From assembly GCA_020137815.1 (NCBI GenBank), contig CM035354.1:3162001-3226000 (forward strand): 64,000 nt of DNA. The letters run 5' to 3'. The position numbers and the translations under genes were made by a program. The DNA comes from Hormiphora californensis (Eukaryota; Animalia; Ctenophora). The notes below the pieces were generated by a model that made no database searches, was not told the origin of the DNA, and saw only the letters and a program-made list of their open reading frames with translations. This document shows, piece after piece, positions 51,402 to 64,000 of the stretch. Numbering within the stretch: the stretch's first letter is position 1; every line of letters begins with the position of its first letter.

Positions 51402-52246
51402 GAAGCAGCCAATTGAACTGCTACAAACTTGAGGAGTGGTGCATGCGTGCTTGTTAGGATTTAGACACTGTCCACACGAGGAATTTCGAGTGTCATGACT
51501 CATGCGTGATAGTAAGACAATTCAGTGTTATCTCGGTGCGGTACTTTAGATTTTAGATTTTGAAAACTGTAAATTGCAAACTTCTTTGAATTCTGAAAAT
51601 AGCCGTCTCCCCAGTTTGTATAAAATCTGTTGTTTGGGGTCTACGGGAGCACCATGGAAACGCGCGCAACATCACCAAACATGTTGAAAGTATCCCAAAC
51701 TTTATTGTCAGCAGTCCAAATACACAAAATGTACTGTGGTTTGGGATCGACGGTTCGGGTTGACAGTTGTTCAGTGTTGCCACTTGCCCAGAGTATAATC
51801 TAGCGGGTACCCTAGTATACAAGCTTTTTCTCTATCCTGAAGGTGGAAGCGAGCAAGCATCGATCTACTGAACCTTCACCGAGCCACATAAAGCAGGTTT
51901 CCCATCACTCTTCCACAGCCTTTGGCAAAAAGAAACATTTAATTTGTTAAACTCCAAGAAAATGTAACAAATACAAAGTTAAAAGCCGTATATAATTCAC
52001 ACAAAATAACGCCGTGGTCAAGCGGGCAATGTTGTAACGTGTAGTCAGGGCTCATATATCATGTGTGATTCTGGTAACAAACTTAAAATGTATAAAACAC
52101 CTTTTTCTCTGTGCCACGGAAACTAAGAAGGGGATTGGAAATAAAAACATAAACTGCCAGCAGGTTGTAGAATCACCCTCCCTCAATCTCCCTTAATGGC
52201 ACAGTGACTCTGTGTTCTCTCTCTCTCTGTCCCTCATACCACCGCC

Positions 52247-55200
52247 CTAATGTAGGGCAGTAAGGTTGAGGGGTACAATGTCTGAAGTAGTGCTTAGAAC
52301 TACAGCTCTATTGTCATCGGACACTAGCTGAATGTAGGATTGTTCTTTGGATAAAGCTACGTCGTCCACACATTGTCCATCAGTTAGGGACCAAAGGAGG
52401 ACGCAATCCTGGAGCAGGACTAGGAGATAGGCGGAGCTGAGGGTAGCTATATCAATTGCAACTACCTGGGGAGAAATAATATCATCGATAGAGGGAAGAA
52501 AAAAACTAAGCAAAAACTTTACAAATGTGACTCATGTAAAACTAGGAAACATTTGAACTGGGGTGGTGTTCAATTGACCTTACACATGACATGCGGAAAC
52601 ATTTAATTTCAACTCACATCTAGTTGAAGTGGAGGACTTTCTGTTGTGCTCATGTCCCATATCAGGACAGCACCATCATTACACAGTCCAGTCACGTGTC
52701 TCCCTCCTACAACCAACTTCTTCACCACACCCCCACTACTCTCTAGCTCCTCCTGGGAATTAGAACGGAATTAAAACAACACCTCGAACCTGATTCATAT
52801 GATTCCAACCTTCGTTTACAATATTTGTCATTGCGGGGCAAGGCAGGGTTATGTTTAGTAGGACCTACCACTTGTATGTTTGCAGAGAGCGAAGAGAGGT
52901 AGACGAGCGCAAAGTTATCTGCTCCAAGAAGGGTCTGTCCAAACAGGTGTATATGTTGAAGGCACTGTCCAAATTGTACTACTTTATACACAGTCAACAG
53001 AGTACATTCATACACCTGTAAATGTTATGTAAGATTCCAAAAGTGGTGATGGGGTTATCATGATTGCATATCCTGTATCCTGTTCCAAGAATTAGGAACC
53101 GTCAAGCTGCCCCATACTATGTGAGCTTCACAGAATGATATATTCCTCTCCCTCTCTACACCAGCTATAGATACCTTGATGATAGTTGATCCTCCTCCGC
53201 AGACAGCCAGACGGTTGTCATGGTAACTAAGATGCGATCCAGGGTAGATCCTAACTTCAGCAGTTACACTTCCCTTAGTTACATCTACTACACAGACCTT
53301 TCCTTCCTCACTAACTAATAATCCACTCCTGAGAGGAAAGGATGGTTTTGTTATGTTCTAACCCTCGAGCAAGGCAGGGATGGTGTGCTACAATTATAAT
53401 ACGGGGTGCGTTGGGTCGTACTCTTTTAGTAGTAGGGACCTATGCAAATCCTCTAAGACGAAGCAAGTTTTTCTTACGCTCCAGTTGCAGATTGGAGGCT
53501 GGCTCCAGTTTCTGGCGCCAGCCTCCAGTCTGCAACTGGCGCAAGCTGGGAGAGTCCCTGTGCGCGCCAAATCTTCGTTGACTAGCAGGGTTTTCGATGT
53601 GAATTGCATGTAAAGTAGCGCGCACGGCAGTGTCAGCAGTGTCAGCAGGGGCCTGCTTCATTGTAACTAACGTCAGTCGCAAAATCTCTAACTGGACCCT
53701 TACTACAATGAATGCAGATAATACACATTCCTGAGTGCTATTTCACCTGTTATTAACGAATTGTGTGTAGATAATTCCTCGATCCGCCACTTGTAAGGTC
53801 GTGACGTCATGATCACGTGCCCGCACAAAGTTGACTGACCCATCACCGTGAGAGAGGAGGGCTCCTGTTAGACACAACGCAACACTCCAAGGTACTGCCT
53901 CACTGTAGGGGAGAGAGTAGGTGGTAAACCCCGATATAACGTATTGTTTCTCCTTTCCCCCGAGCGGAGAGCAGCCCGATATACCGGGGGCGGTTTCAGT
54001 ATTTTTGTTGCGCTATATGGTTCACTGACCAATGGTGCCGCGGTAACTTTGAACAGAAACAAAAACATAGTAGTTCCGGGTATTTTTCATAAAGAAAACA
54101 TTTTAGTTCCACGCATCATTATAAGGTAAGTGGGGGTACGTGTTTGATCTTATGCTCTAACCCTCGGTTTGATCTACAGAACCCTCACATGGAATGAGGT
54201 GTGAGGTATACCTAGTTATCTGTAGGCGGATAGTGCCGTGTTCCAAGTCCCATAATACTGACACACCGTCTAGGGATGTGGTGAGCAGGGCCCGTCCACA
54301 CACAACTATATGCTCTATCTCCTGAGAAATGAAGAGGAATTATATCACTGACCACAGCTGTGGTACAATGAGGTGGTACTATTAGGGTGGTAGTACCACC
54401 GTCATGGTACAAGAGATGAAGTTGGTAATATATTTTCACACTAGGTACCTCTTGGTGGCAGGATAGAAGAAAGGGGACCTCCAAAATGGGTCTATTCGTC
54501 GTACACGTTATTCTACGGGAAATATTACATATATTGTCACATTATTCTAGCACGCGAAAAGAGAATTACTGAATGTTGTGTGGCCGAAGGAGCGGCGATT
54601 TATTACCCTCAAGATCACACCCCGTGAAAGAACTACCTACTTTTTAGTTGGCGGTGTCCGGTGGGTAAATAACCTGGACAAGGCCACTAGGGTTCCATAA
54701 ATTAGAAGAGCAATGGGTAGGAAGGATATAAGTCCCATAACGGTTGATATGATATGTAGAATAAAGGGCATCTGAAGCCACATTCGGACCTGGACCAGGA
54801 GGAAATGTTAAGGATCACATGCCTAAAATAGTTTCAGTTTAACCCAAATGCCTACTAATTCCCTAGCTTGTTCCCAAGCAATCACTACTACTGTTATACC
54901 TGTGATTGGAAATTGACATGTTCCGGAGCTCCCTGTTCCTTATCCACTACATACAAGGGCTGGTACACATCCAGGTATCTGCGGGGGAAATCGGGGAGGT
55001 GAAAATGTTAAATGAATCATTCTTCCGCGATGAATCAATTGATCACAGTTTTGAGTTGGAGGGACGGAGTGCCAATTAACGCGCGCTCACACTTGCGCGG
55101 GTTTTGCGCTACAAACCCTTGTCGGCGGTTCTCGCGCGTCACGCATATGGGTAGTAAGACCGGAGAGGGACAGGAAGACGGTTTCGGGTGACAGTATGTC

Positions 55201-57852
55201 TGGGACGGGTGTATGCTAAACAACATTATGAGTAATCTCTCTCGGCGGATAAAGATTATCTCATATTTAGGTTGCATATGTTATTGAGTAGGTAGAAGAG
55301 AGAAAGTATAATTTATCTGAGACAGGAGCGGGATTCGAACCCCATACCTTGTGATAGCTAGATTAGCGGTTACATGACCGGAATTGACTGCCATGACAGT
55401 CAAAAGACAAAAATTTACAGCCAAAAAGGTAGAATATTAGCTGGAAGTATTGTGGAACCAAAATTTGACAAAATAGTGTCTCAGACAGAGGCAGTTGTTC
55501 AGTCGCAAGCGACCGTATCATTGGGTGGAACCCCAAGCCCATCCTCACTGACAATAGCATAGCATTTTGGGGGAATATATAATTTTACCTTGCGATATTT
55601 CGGATCTTGTCATGGGATTGAAAGATCATGTCTATGATCTTAACAATATATTCTTTGTAACATGTATATTAACTTTTGGCTACATTTATTGTTGAATAGG
55701 AACGTTAAGAGAAATTACCATGAGAGGGATTCGAACCCTACACCTCGCGATTGTTAAAAAGCGGAAAAGTGACCGAAAATGACTGCCATGACAGTCAAAT
55801 GTTATCATCTTGCTCTAAAAAAGATAGCATAGCAAACGAATGACATTTGTGACAAAAAAATTGACAAAATTGTGTCTCAGACGGAGGCAGTTGTTCAGTC
55901 GCAAGCGACCGTATCATTGGGTGGAACCCCAAGCCCATCCTCACTGACAGTATGATCGCATTTTGGGGGAATTTATAGTTTTCAGCCTACGAATTATTTC
56001 AATTTACCTTGAAGTGACGGGTGTGCCGTGTGATTTAAATAGACCAGGCCACTGGTCCCTGGCTACCCTCCTCCAGGCCTGGTCTAGGGAGCTGATCGTG
56101 CTGGTTGGGTTGGAGAAAGAACTGGGAAATAACACGTCGTAGGAGTACTTTTGGGATCCCTGGAGAATTGGAGAGGTTAGGAACTATCAACAAGGATCAT
56201 AAAGGATCATTCTCTGTCAGACAGGTTTTCTGGTGATTTGTTTATAACTTGCTTTCAAAGGCCAAGTTACTTATCTAAGGAAAATCAAAGATATGAAGTA
56301 TGAACACACACATGTGTGAACAGTAAATTACCGTCTGTTTGCTCTGCATAACATCCATTGACAAGATCCAATTTATAATACGAGTCGAGCCAACAGCTAA
56401 CATCGACCAAACACTAATCTTCTTATCTCCTTTATCTCCGTGCCGTAGGGAGTGGTACACCACCCAGCACACATACAGAAACACAGACAACATGAGGACT
56501 TTATGGGTCGCACGGTGTCGGAATAGCTTGGTCTTCCGAGGCCGGTCGTTCCAATCCAATATGCGACCATTGACAGGTGTAGAGGGAGCTGGGTAGGGCC
56601 CACTTTTGAGGTCCGTCAGCTCTAACCGTCTGATATCCAAGGAAAGGACGGGAACGAAAAAAAATAGCTGGAGAAAGAAATCACAAACCACACAGACAAG
56701 TCCGACGACGCAAAACTCGTGAAAAGCAGCCGGGACAGGTGAGCAGATACCAGAGACAAAGAGAACAGCCAGACTGAGGACATTCTTGGTAATTTTAGTT
56801 CCCTCCGTGCTTAGACCCTGTGCCACCCGGATATGAACCTCCTGGTCACCCGCTGTGATCGTGACGGACCGTGTTATTAACAGGACATTCTCTAGTCCAA
56901 CAAGTGTGAAAATATAGGGGAAAATGTCTCCACCGGTGAGCGTTGGTAGGAGATCAAAAAAGACACAAAACCCGAGAGACATGACGAAGGAAAATACGAT
57001 GGTCGCCACTGCCACACATGCCAGGCCCACTTTGGATTTTACTAAAGTGATCTTCCGTACACTGATCACAATGTAGATGAAAACAAGGACGTACAACATG
57101 GCCAGAGGGAGGAGTTCTAACCATCTGATTCCATCGCTATAGAAAATGTGAACCGTCCGTACAACCTCCCTCCCTCCTCCTCCCTCTTTTCCTCCTCCCT
57201 CCACCCCCTCCCCTATCTAGCATTATAAAGTCTGATTTATACTCCTTCTCAGCTAGATTTGACACGTGAAATGTGCTGGACAGCTCTGCAGGAGAGTGCT
57301 GAACGGAATTCCGAGACTATTCCTGGGTCCAGGGAGGGTTTCAGAAATAAGGTTAGAGTGATTGGATGTGGGGCGTAACTCCAGGTGGGTCCAAATAGTA
57401 GTGCTGAAAAGGAAAAAGTGTGGATAGCACGTGTACATGGTGAACAGAAACATGAGACAAACATATGGGCTGGCAGGTGCTGCTTAGTATTGAGGGAGTA
57501 GTACCGGACAAACAAACAAACAAACAAAGAAACAACAAACAAACAAACAAACAAACAAAGAAAGAAACAACAAACAAACAAACAAACAAACAAACAAACA
57601 AACAAACAAACAAACAAACAAACAAACAAACAAACAAAAAACAAACAAACAAACAAACAAACAAACAAACAAACAAACAAACAAACAAACAAACAAATAA
57701 CAAACAAACAAACAAACAAACAAACAAACAATCAAACCTCGTGTGTAGGTAGGGCATTGTATCAGGGTGTCCGTTATTTCGGGGTCACTGAGAAAGTTAA
57801 CCATCTGCCCATCCCATAGGCCAGTCGGGGAGAGAATAAGACAGGAACCGTC
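52247..57852 (-). CDS. SCAP: SREBP cleavage-activating protein (sterol-sensing domain + WD40), 5' exons not found in window
   Basis: SVRKITLVKSKVGLA, DIFPY..LVGLENVLLITRSV, VHIRVAQGLSTEG, EFCVVGLV..DFFLQLFFFVPVLSLDIRRLELTDL; upstream exon GSCLILSPTGLW; WD-like exons at 52247-54325. Confidence 0.9.
55321..55402 (-). other. Degenerate tRNA-like element with intact B box (copy 1)
   Basis: Minus strand reads GACTGTCATGGCAGTC...GGGGTTCGAATCCC; no proper cloverleaf. Confidence 0.45.
55477..55553. ncRNA. Candidate structured small RNA, copy 1 (box C/D-like on the minus strand; strand uncertain)
   Basis: 76/77 nt identical to copy 2 although the flanks have diverged. Minus strand: UGUC-A-GUGAGGA...CUGA-GACA, with two internal hairpins. 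Confidence 0.5.
55718..55797 (-). other. Degenerate tRNA-like element with intact B box (copy 2)
   Basis: Minus strand reads GACTGTCATGGCAGTC...AGGGTTCGAATCCCT. Confidence 0.45.
55873..55949. ncRNA. Candidate structured small RNA, copy 2
   Basis: As copy 1, offset by 396 bp. Confidence 0.5.
57509..57730. repeat. (AAAC)n microsatellite in a SCAP intron
   Basis: Directly visible; it explains the FVCL/KQTN ORFs. Confidence 0.97.
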
Positions 57853-57853
57853 C

Positions 57854-57855
<2 letters not shown>

Positions 57856-57943
<88 letters not shown>

Positions 57944-57970
57944 GGGGGGGGGGGGGGAGAGAGAGAGAGA
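57856..57970. repeat. (AG)n microsatellite abutting a SCAP splice acceptor
   Basis: Directly visible. Confidence 0.95.
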
Positions 57971-58462
57971 AGGACAGGAGCTTGATATGCATGTTGTAAC
58001 TCGTTGTCATGATATCATACTACTTGTTGATGAATATTATTATCACATTTGCACCCTCCTAATGCTCCTATTATAATAAACGCCTGCGGTTTATTAATGG
58101 CATTACTTGGCTACTAACTATTAAGCTAGTGATCGACCCAGTAAGCCACAGGACTTTGTTAGGGGACGGGGGCTTCTGCAATAAGATCCTTCGCTGTACA
58201 AAGAGGAACCCCTCCTAAAACCTTTTATGGTCTGGGTAGTGAGTATTGAAGATTATTTTTTAAAGACAAAGAAAAAAATCGGTTTATTGTAAGACTAAGA
58301 AAGATAGCTGGAAAAAAGTGTACAGAAAAAGAAAAGCTAATGCACGATATAATATGGTTTATCATAATATGTACATCTAGCGTTATCAAACAGGGCAAAC
58401 TTCACATTCAAATGGAGTGCTAATCTCATCGCAGCTCTCGACTTGCTTATCAACATTCAGTT

Positions 58463-59800
58463 CTAGGGCATCTTCTCCCTTTCATCCTGCTCTTTTGGGG
58501 ACGACATTTCATGATCCTTCTTCCTCTTGACAACTTCCTCAACAGCCGAATCAAACTTGAACACCCTCGAACTGATTCTCCGGGATGGTTTCAAGCAGTA
58601 GATCCTGCAAATCCGATAGCAAAACTTCTTGAAGAAGGCCTTGAACCCAGCGTTCATTGCCACATACATGACGGGGTTACCCCAGGAGGCCAGAAAATAG
58701 AAATATCTGAGCTGCTCCAGCCACACTGGGACAGCCTGGTCACCTTTTACTGCGGAATAGTTGAACCTAACTACTGTCGGGGCCCATGCCGTAGCGAATA
58801 GGGTGACTACCGAAACAGTTGTGATCAGTCCGGGGTTGAGGGAGGTCGAACTGAAGGTTTTTGTCATTCGCCGGACTGCCGATATGGTTATTGTTACCTT
58901 TTCAATCGACCCCTGGACAATACTACGCCTTTTTCTGGAGTTTTCACGATCCTCCTTTGGCCCAATATCTCCAGATCCGTGTTTCATGTTTTGTGCGACA
59001 GCAGCTTTAGCAGCTGACCCCCATTTGGAACTACCAGTACCAGCACCAGTACCACCAGTACCAGCACCAGTACCACCACCAACATGTTTGCTATTGTTCC
59101 GTGCCTTCTTCCTCTTAGTGGTCTTCCTTGTTATCGCCTGCACGTGCATCAAAAGCAGAATGTTGAGCGTGACAATCGCTAAAAAGGGAACATCCGTAAC
59201 ACATACAATCATGATTAAGTTACCGGTCGTCTGGGGGTAATCAAAGCTGCATGCTGCTAAGTTGGGCGAGAATGATACTGAATACCCGTTGGCTAGGATG
59301 TAGGCAAAGAACCCACAAGAAACCGTCCAAATTGCCGCACAGAGGATATTACTCCGGAGAGGGGTCAAGCGGGGCATGTTCATTGGGTATCTGCACCGTA
59401 CATACCGGTGTATTGATATCGCGAGGATTATGTTAATATTAGCGACTGTGGGAACGGTCACAAGATACCCCGTCATGATGCAGAAAGTCTCTCCGAACAC
59501 CCACTTCCCGACTAAATAGGTAATGTTAATGTTGAACGGGTAAGTAAAGAGGAAGATAACATCCGAAATTGCGAGGTGCCTAAGGAGAATGATTGTCGCC
59601 TGGTCCAACCGGAATGTGCCATGTCGGTTGAATGTTGCCACGATCACTAGGATATTACCAAGGAGGCCGGTAGTGTTTCCAATGATAAACATAATGGTGT
59701 AGACAATTGATAACCATGTTGGGGTAACGGTGTAGTTTTCCTCAAGGACATCACGGGTCGTGTTGTCGAATAGAACCGAGGAATTATCATAGTCATCCAT
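58463..59800 (-). CDS. Rhodopsin-class (class A) GPCR, intronless CDS
   Basis: GNILVI, LAISD, WVFGETFC, ISIHRY, ECL2 Cys, AWAP, WGNPVMY. The likely start is MDDYDNSS at 59800, preceded by the acceptor ttacag. Confidence 0.93.
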   Translation of the reverse strand: MDDYDNSSVLFDNTTRDVLEENYTVTPTWLSIVYTIMFIIGNTTGLLGNILVIVATFNRHGTFRLDQATIILLRHLAISDVIFLFTYPFNINITYLVGKWVFGETFCIMTGYLVTVPTVANINIILAISIHRYVRCRYPMNMPRLTPLRSNILCAAIWTVSCGFFAYILANGYSVSFSPNLAACSFDYPQTTGNLIMIVCVTDVPFLAIVTLNILLLMHVQAITRKTTKRKKARNNSKHVGGGTGAGTGGTGAGTGSSKWGSAAKAAVAQNMKHGSGDIGPKEDRENSRKRRSIVQGSIEKVTITISAVRRMTKTFSSTSLNPGLITTVSVVTLFATAWAPTVVRFNYSAVKGDQAVPVWLEQLRYFYFLASWGNPVMYVAMNAGFKAFFKKFCYRICRIYCLKPSRRISSRVFKFDSAVEEVVKRKKDHEMSSPKEQDEREKMP

Positions 59801-60329
59801 AGCTGTAATTATCATACAACTATCAAAATAATATAGTTGTTGTGCTACAAGATAAAGAGGAATATCAAACATTACAGGTACACTATAACAATGGAAAACA
59901 ACAGGGAGCACTAACGTTGATATTTAGGGGCACTCTAGGTATAACAATGTAATATCTCAAACAACAGGGGGCACTGATATTTAAGGGCACCTTGATCTGA
60001 TTGGGTAGCTACCCCGGGTGTATAGAAAGCTTCTGTGACTCACAGTACCCGCTCTGTGAGGGTTCGGTAGAGTATGAATGGAGGAGTATAAAGGTAGCAT
60101 GCAGCAGGACCAACAAAAGATGGAAAATGAGCACAAAGAGAAACTATGATAATGAGGACATATATAAGTAGAAGAAGAACCAGAGAAAGGAGGATAATAG
60201 CACCATCTGCTAAATGAACATACTGAAACAAAAAGCTCCGAGGACAGAGAGTGTTGTCCTACAAAGTTAAAGGGACAAGGGAGAGCACCTAGGTTGCTTC
60301 GGGGTATAATAAGTCACAATGATATTGTT

Positions 60330-60500
<171 letters not shown>

Positions 60501-61970
60501 CTTTATCTCTCCCCTTCTCTCGCTCTCTATCTCTATCCTCTCTTTTTAGCTATCGATGTCTTTCTGAACTCGGGACTCCTTAAATCTCTGTACTTCCCTC
60601 GGCGCTCTCGCCATCATACGCCGTTTCATGCTAAATATATTCAAAGCTTTTTACCATTTTGATTGGCAGTACAAATTACAAATCGTTAACTCCAAAGAGC
60701 TACATGGTCAAATTGTTGGTAATTACGATTCATCGGAGAATCATGCCACAGAAATGGATTGTGGCACTGAGTAGGAGGAAATGGCATTATATCAAAACCA
60801 AGACAAAAGGAGATGTAGAACTGGAAGAGTTAGAATGAATGATAAAGAGGGATCAGAGAGAATGAGATATAATGGAGACTAGAGAGAAGGCTATAGACTC
60901 TATAGAGAAAGCTATAGAGTTAAAGTTAGTACTAAATAGACGACAGTATTGGCAATCGCGAAGGACACCAACAATACGCAAAGAATTGAAAAAGAAAAAG
61001 AGAATCATGTCTAATTCACTGAATGTCTTGTTCAGCAATTGAGTCTTGACAAATTAGAAAGGAAATCTTATGCTGAATTATAGACAAGACCTGCGTACAA
61101 TATAAGGACGCATACGTCATACGAGATAATGTACATACTATTGTGCGATAACTACATAATATCTGTGGGCAGGTATCGATCGTACTGACATACATGGCTT
61201 AAATTTGCATTTCACTATACAAGCAGTGGCAGCAAAGAGTAAGCTCGATTAAGCTTACACTATGAAGTGGCTTTCATACATGGTTATCTCGATGTTTCTC
61301 TGTCTGTACTACCTCGCTATATCTTTCTCTATTTCTCTCTTTCTCTGTGTCTCTGTGTCTAGACACAATACACATGATACATAGATGACTTTCACTTTCT
61401 AGCAATACCAAATACCATCCTCCAACTGTTTCCTGTTCTAGCATTCTGTACTCTCTATCTCGCATCCCCATTACATCTTTTGTATTTAGGGGTATTTCTA
61501 GGGGTAACTTCCATACAGTATAAAGTCGAATCTAGATTCATACACCAACTTCCTTACAACAAACTCGATGGGGAATAGTATGATCTCCCCACTAAGTGTA
61601 TTGCTACAAATCGAGCAAAACACTAGTTATAGTATTAGTCGAATCTCTCTTTCTGTTGTCCTTTATAATAGGGACATTGGAGAGTTATAAAAACTTGAAT
61701 CGTTCGTACGGATACAGCACAAACAGTATCAAGCAACATGCATCTCAACTATTTACGAGTCTCAATTGTCCATATCATTACAACAGAATTATATCATCAT
61801 GAGACTCATATCAAGCTGGACAACCAAACAATTGACTATTTACATTTTACACCAAAGTTCAAACTAACGGTACATAATAACAGGTGCAGAGAAATGAACA
61901 TCCTGAACTAACTACTGCTGCACTGGTTCACTATTACATGCTAAAGAACTCTATCAGCCACTCTCTGCTG

Positions 61971-61981
61971 CTCTCTCTCTC

Positions 61982-62054
<73 letters not shown>

Positions 62055-62110
62055 CTCTCTCTTCCCTCTCTCTCTCTTCTCTCTCTCTCCTCCTCTCTCT
62101 CTCCTCTCTC

Positions 62111-62154
<44 letters not shown>

Positions 62155-62157
62155 TCT
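61971..62157. repeat. Imperfect (CT)n microsatellite
   Basis: Directly visible; it explains the ER/LS repeat ORFs. Confidence 0.95.
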
Positions 62158-64000
62158 TTGAACTCCCTCTCTTTGAACTCCTCTTCTTGAGCAGCCCCTG
62201 GCACACAGGTGCACTGATAATGATAAGGTTCGGTGGAGCTATAGGCTCTGTAGACAGTAAAGAATAAAGGGACGCTGCATCGACTACTACATATGTATCA
62301 CTATCAATGATAGTTCTTTCTCTCTTCAAAGTAAAATTATTATTTGCGATGATAGCAAATAATTTTTTTTTCTTTGACGAGAGAAAGAATGTGATATGAT
62401 AAGAAAGGAATGGACCGTTATTATTTCTTAACCAGCTAGTAACAATATGGTAAAGAGATTAATGGGGGGGGGGGACTGGCAGGTGAGCTTTGTTATATAA
62501 TCGGGCAGTGATCTGCTGCAATAAAGTAATGGTTAGTAACAAAGGATCCTTGTTCAGGCAAAGACAACGAGGCTAGAGCAGAAGGAGAGCAAGGAAGAGA
62601 AGAAGGAGAGGGGTATATAATAGCGAGAGAGAATAGAAATCTAGATCAGCGCTATTTAGAGGGAAGGGTAAGGAATAAGAGGGAAAGAATAACGGTAACG
62701 ATTATATGATAATGACAGCTAACATGAATGTGATTATAAGTCGCAATCACTTGTTAAACAGATATTTAACTAAATTGTTTCTGATCCTATATATAGCAAC
62801 TTTATAGGCTTCCTCAACAGTCAACATTTAACTCATTCTTATTCTCTCTCGTCATCTCTCTCTCTCTCTCTGTTTCTCTCTCTCTCTCTCTCTCCCACAC
62901 GTTTACTCAATATAAAGCCTTGAAAAAGACTGCGATCACGCGTCCTGATTGCTATTAGAAACATGTGCCTCACAAATCCTACCATGAGCTTTTGCAGCAA
63001 GATTTCAAACAAACAGGGTAAACCGGACTAAAGCTCTCAGTAAGCTGTTTAATAAACAGTGTTCATAATGTGCTATAACTGCAATTATTGCGGCCTTGGA
63101 AAAAGCCGCCCGTAAACTCAAGCCTTCAAGAAATTATCTTCATGTCTTGTAACAAAGTGGCCGAGTCTATTTAATCGACATGATACTAACAGTTAGTCAA
63201 ACATTGGCAGCAGAGTTAAGATTAAGGGAGGTAATTGCTTCAGGCAGGTGGTAGGTAACTAATGTAGAGAGAGATAGAACGAGAGGCTCCCCGGTGCTAC
63301 TGAGGAAAAATTATCAAGTTCCTTCGCCACTACATCTTTCTTTTTAGCCCTCTCATTTAACTCCATGAATCCTCTAGGCTACACTCTCTCCCTCAACAGC
63401 ATTATACTTTCGCTCGGATCTGGACGATTTGGCTGTCCACACTTAACAAGTTACTAGCAAAAGGAACGGCACATAACAACATATTAACATATCATGATTA
63501 TGCACATACTCGTTTTTGTCTTGAGAGGAACAAGGGCCTATAGGATGGGCCAATAACAAAAGAGCGAATGTGTCGAGACTTGAGAGTTGAGACGTAGTCA
63601 TAAATAACATAAGCGGCTTGTACTGAGAAGTAATGGAAGAAATGTCCTTCGAGGCATCTGAACACGTAACGTACCACACAATATGCCACACAAAAAGCGG
63701 AGGGAGAGCAACGTGTTACTTGTGAGGGTGTATGCGTATACAAAATAGAGAGAGAGCTGACAAAGTGTTCTGTCATGTCAGGAAATGGTATCCTCAATCG
63801 TATTGAAACAATAATATTTTCGTTTTGCTCACTGGAATGTTTTATGAAGGATTAAAAATTTCCCATCCATTTATTACCCAAGCTATAACAGAAAGATCGA
63901 ATATCTGTTCCAGACTGCAGATTTATAAACCTATGCCTTTTGCAATTAGTTACCCTAATGGGGAAAATTATACGGCTACTTAATAAAACAATTTCCATAG

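Noticed and set aside
55321-55402. Functional tRNA genes at 55321 and 55718
   Set aside because: Only the T-arm/B box is intact; the acceptor, D and anticodon stems do not form, and the two copies disagree.
55477-55553. Hammerhead/twister ribozyme or U4atac identity for the 77-nt core
   Set aside because: The junctions (AUGAUAC, GAAC) miss the CUGANGA/GAAA hammerhead core, and CCCAAGCCC lacks twister context. Short matches to U4atac as I remember it lack the U6atac-pairing segments. These are left to an Rfam search.
57249-58010. FVCL/KQTN/ER/LS repeat ORFs (also 10639, 16654, 60294, 61884-62329)
   Set aside because: These are translations of microsatellites.
58660-58720. GPCR as an opsin
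   Set aside because: The position equivalent to the retinal-binding Lys296 (six residues before the N of NPxxY) is Phe.

Overview
This is eukaryotic (animal) genomic DNA: gene-dense, with short GT-AG introns and many (CT/AG)n microsatellites. A ctenophore (Pleurobrachia-like) is my best guess, inferred from a nested gene family and the general architecture. Genes in order: EML5/6 5' end (-), intronless IFT88 (-), pseudouridine glycosidase/kinase fusion, LYSMD3/4, cytosolic sulfotransferase, an unassigned Cys-rich type I membrane protein (-), a sushi/GCC2-GCC3/Ig surface protein, CNPY2, CYB5R, ENL/AF9 (two antisense secreted-protein paralogs nested in its 6.7-kb intron), RIC1, V-ATPase subunit C, CFAP161, a 7TM receptor, SCAP (-, 5' end not found) and a second class-A GPCR (-). 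Several conserved genes carry single-base frameshifts, often in homopolymers; these are most likely assembly errors. The most notable signals are: (1) operon-like same-strand gene runs with splice acceptors just before start codons; (2) a duplicated, almost invariant 77-nt structured ncRNA candidate coupled to a tRNA-like/B-box element in a SCAP intron; (3) a Russian-doll nest of two MITE families inserted into each other's terminal repeats; (4) a 1.3-kb TTAA-flanked foldback element; (5) recurrent tandem duplication of splice junctions. All family calls come from remembered motifs and hand reading; no searches were run.
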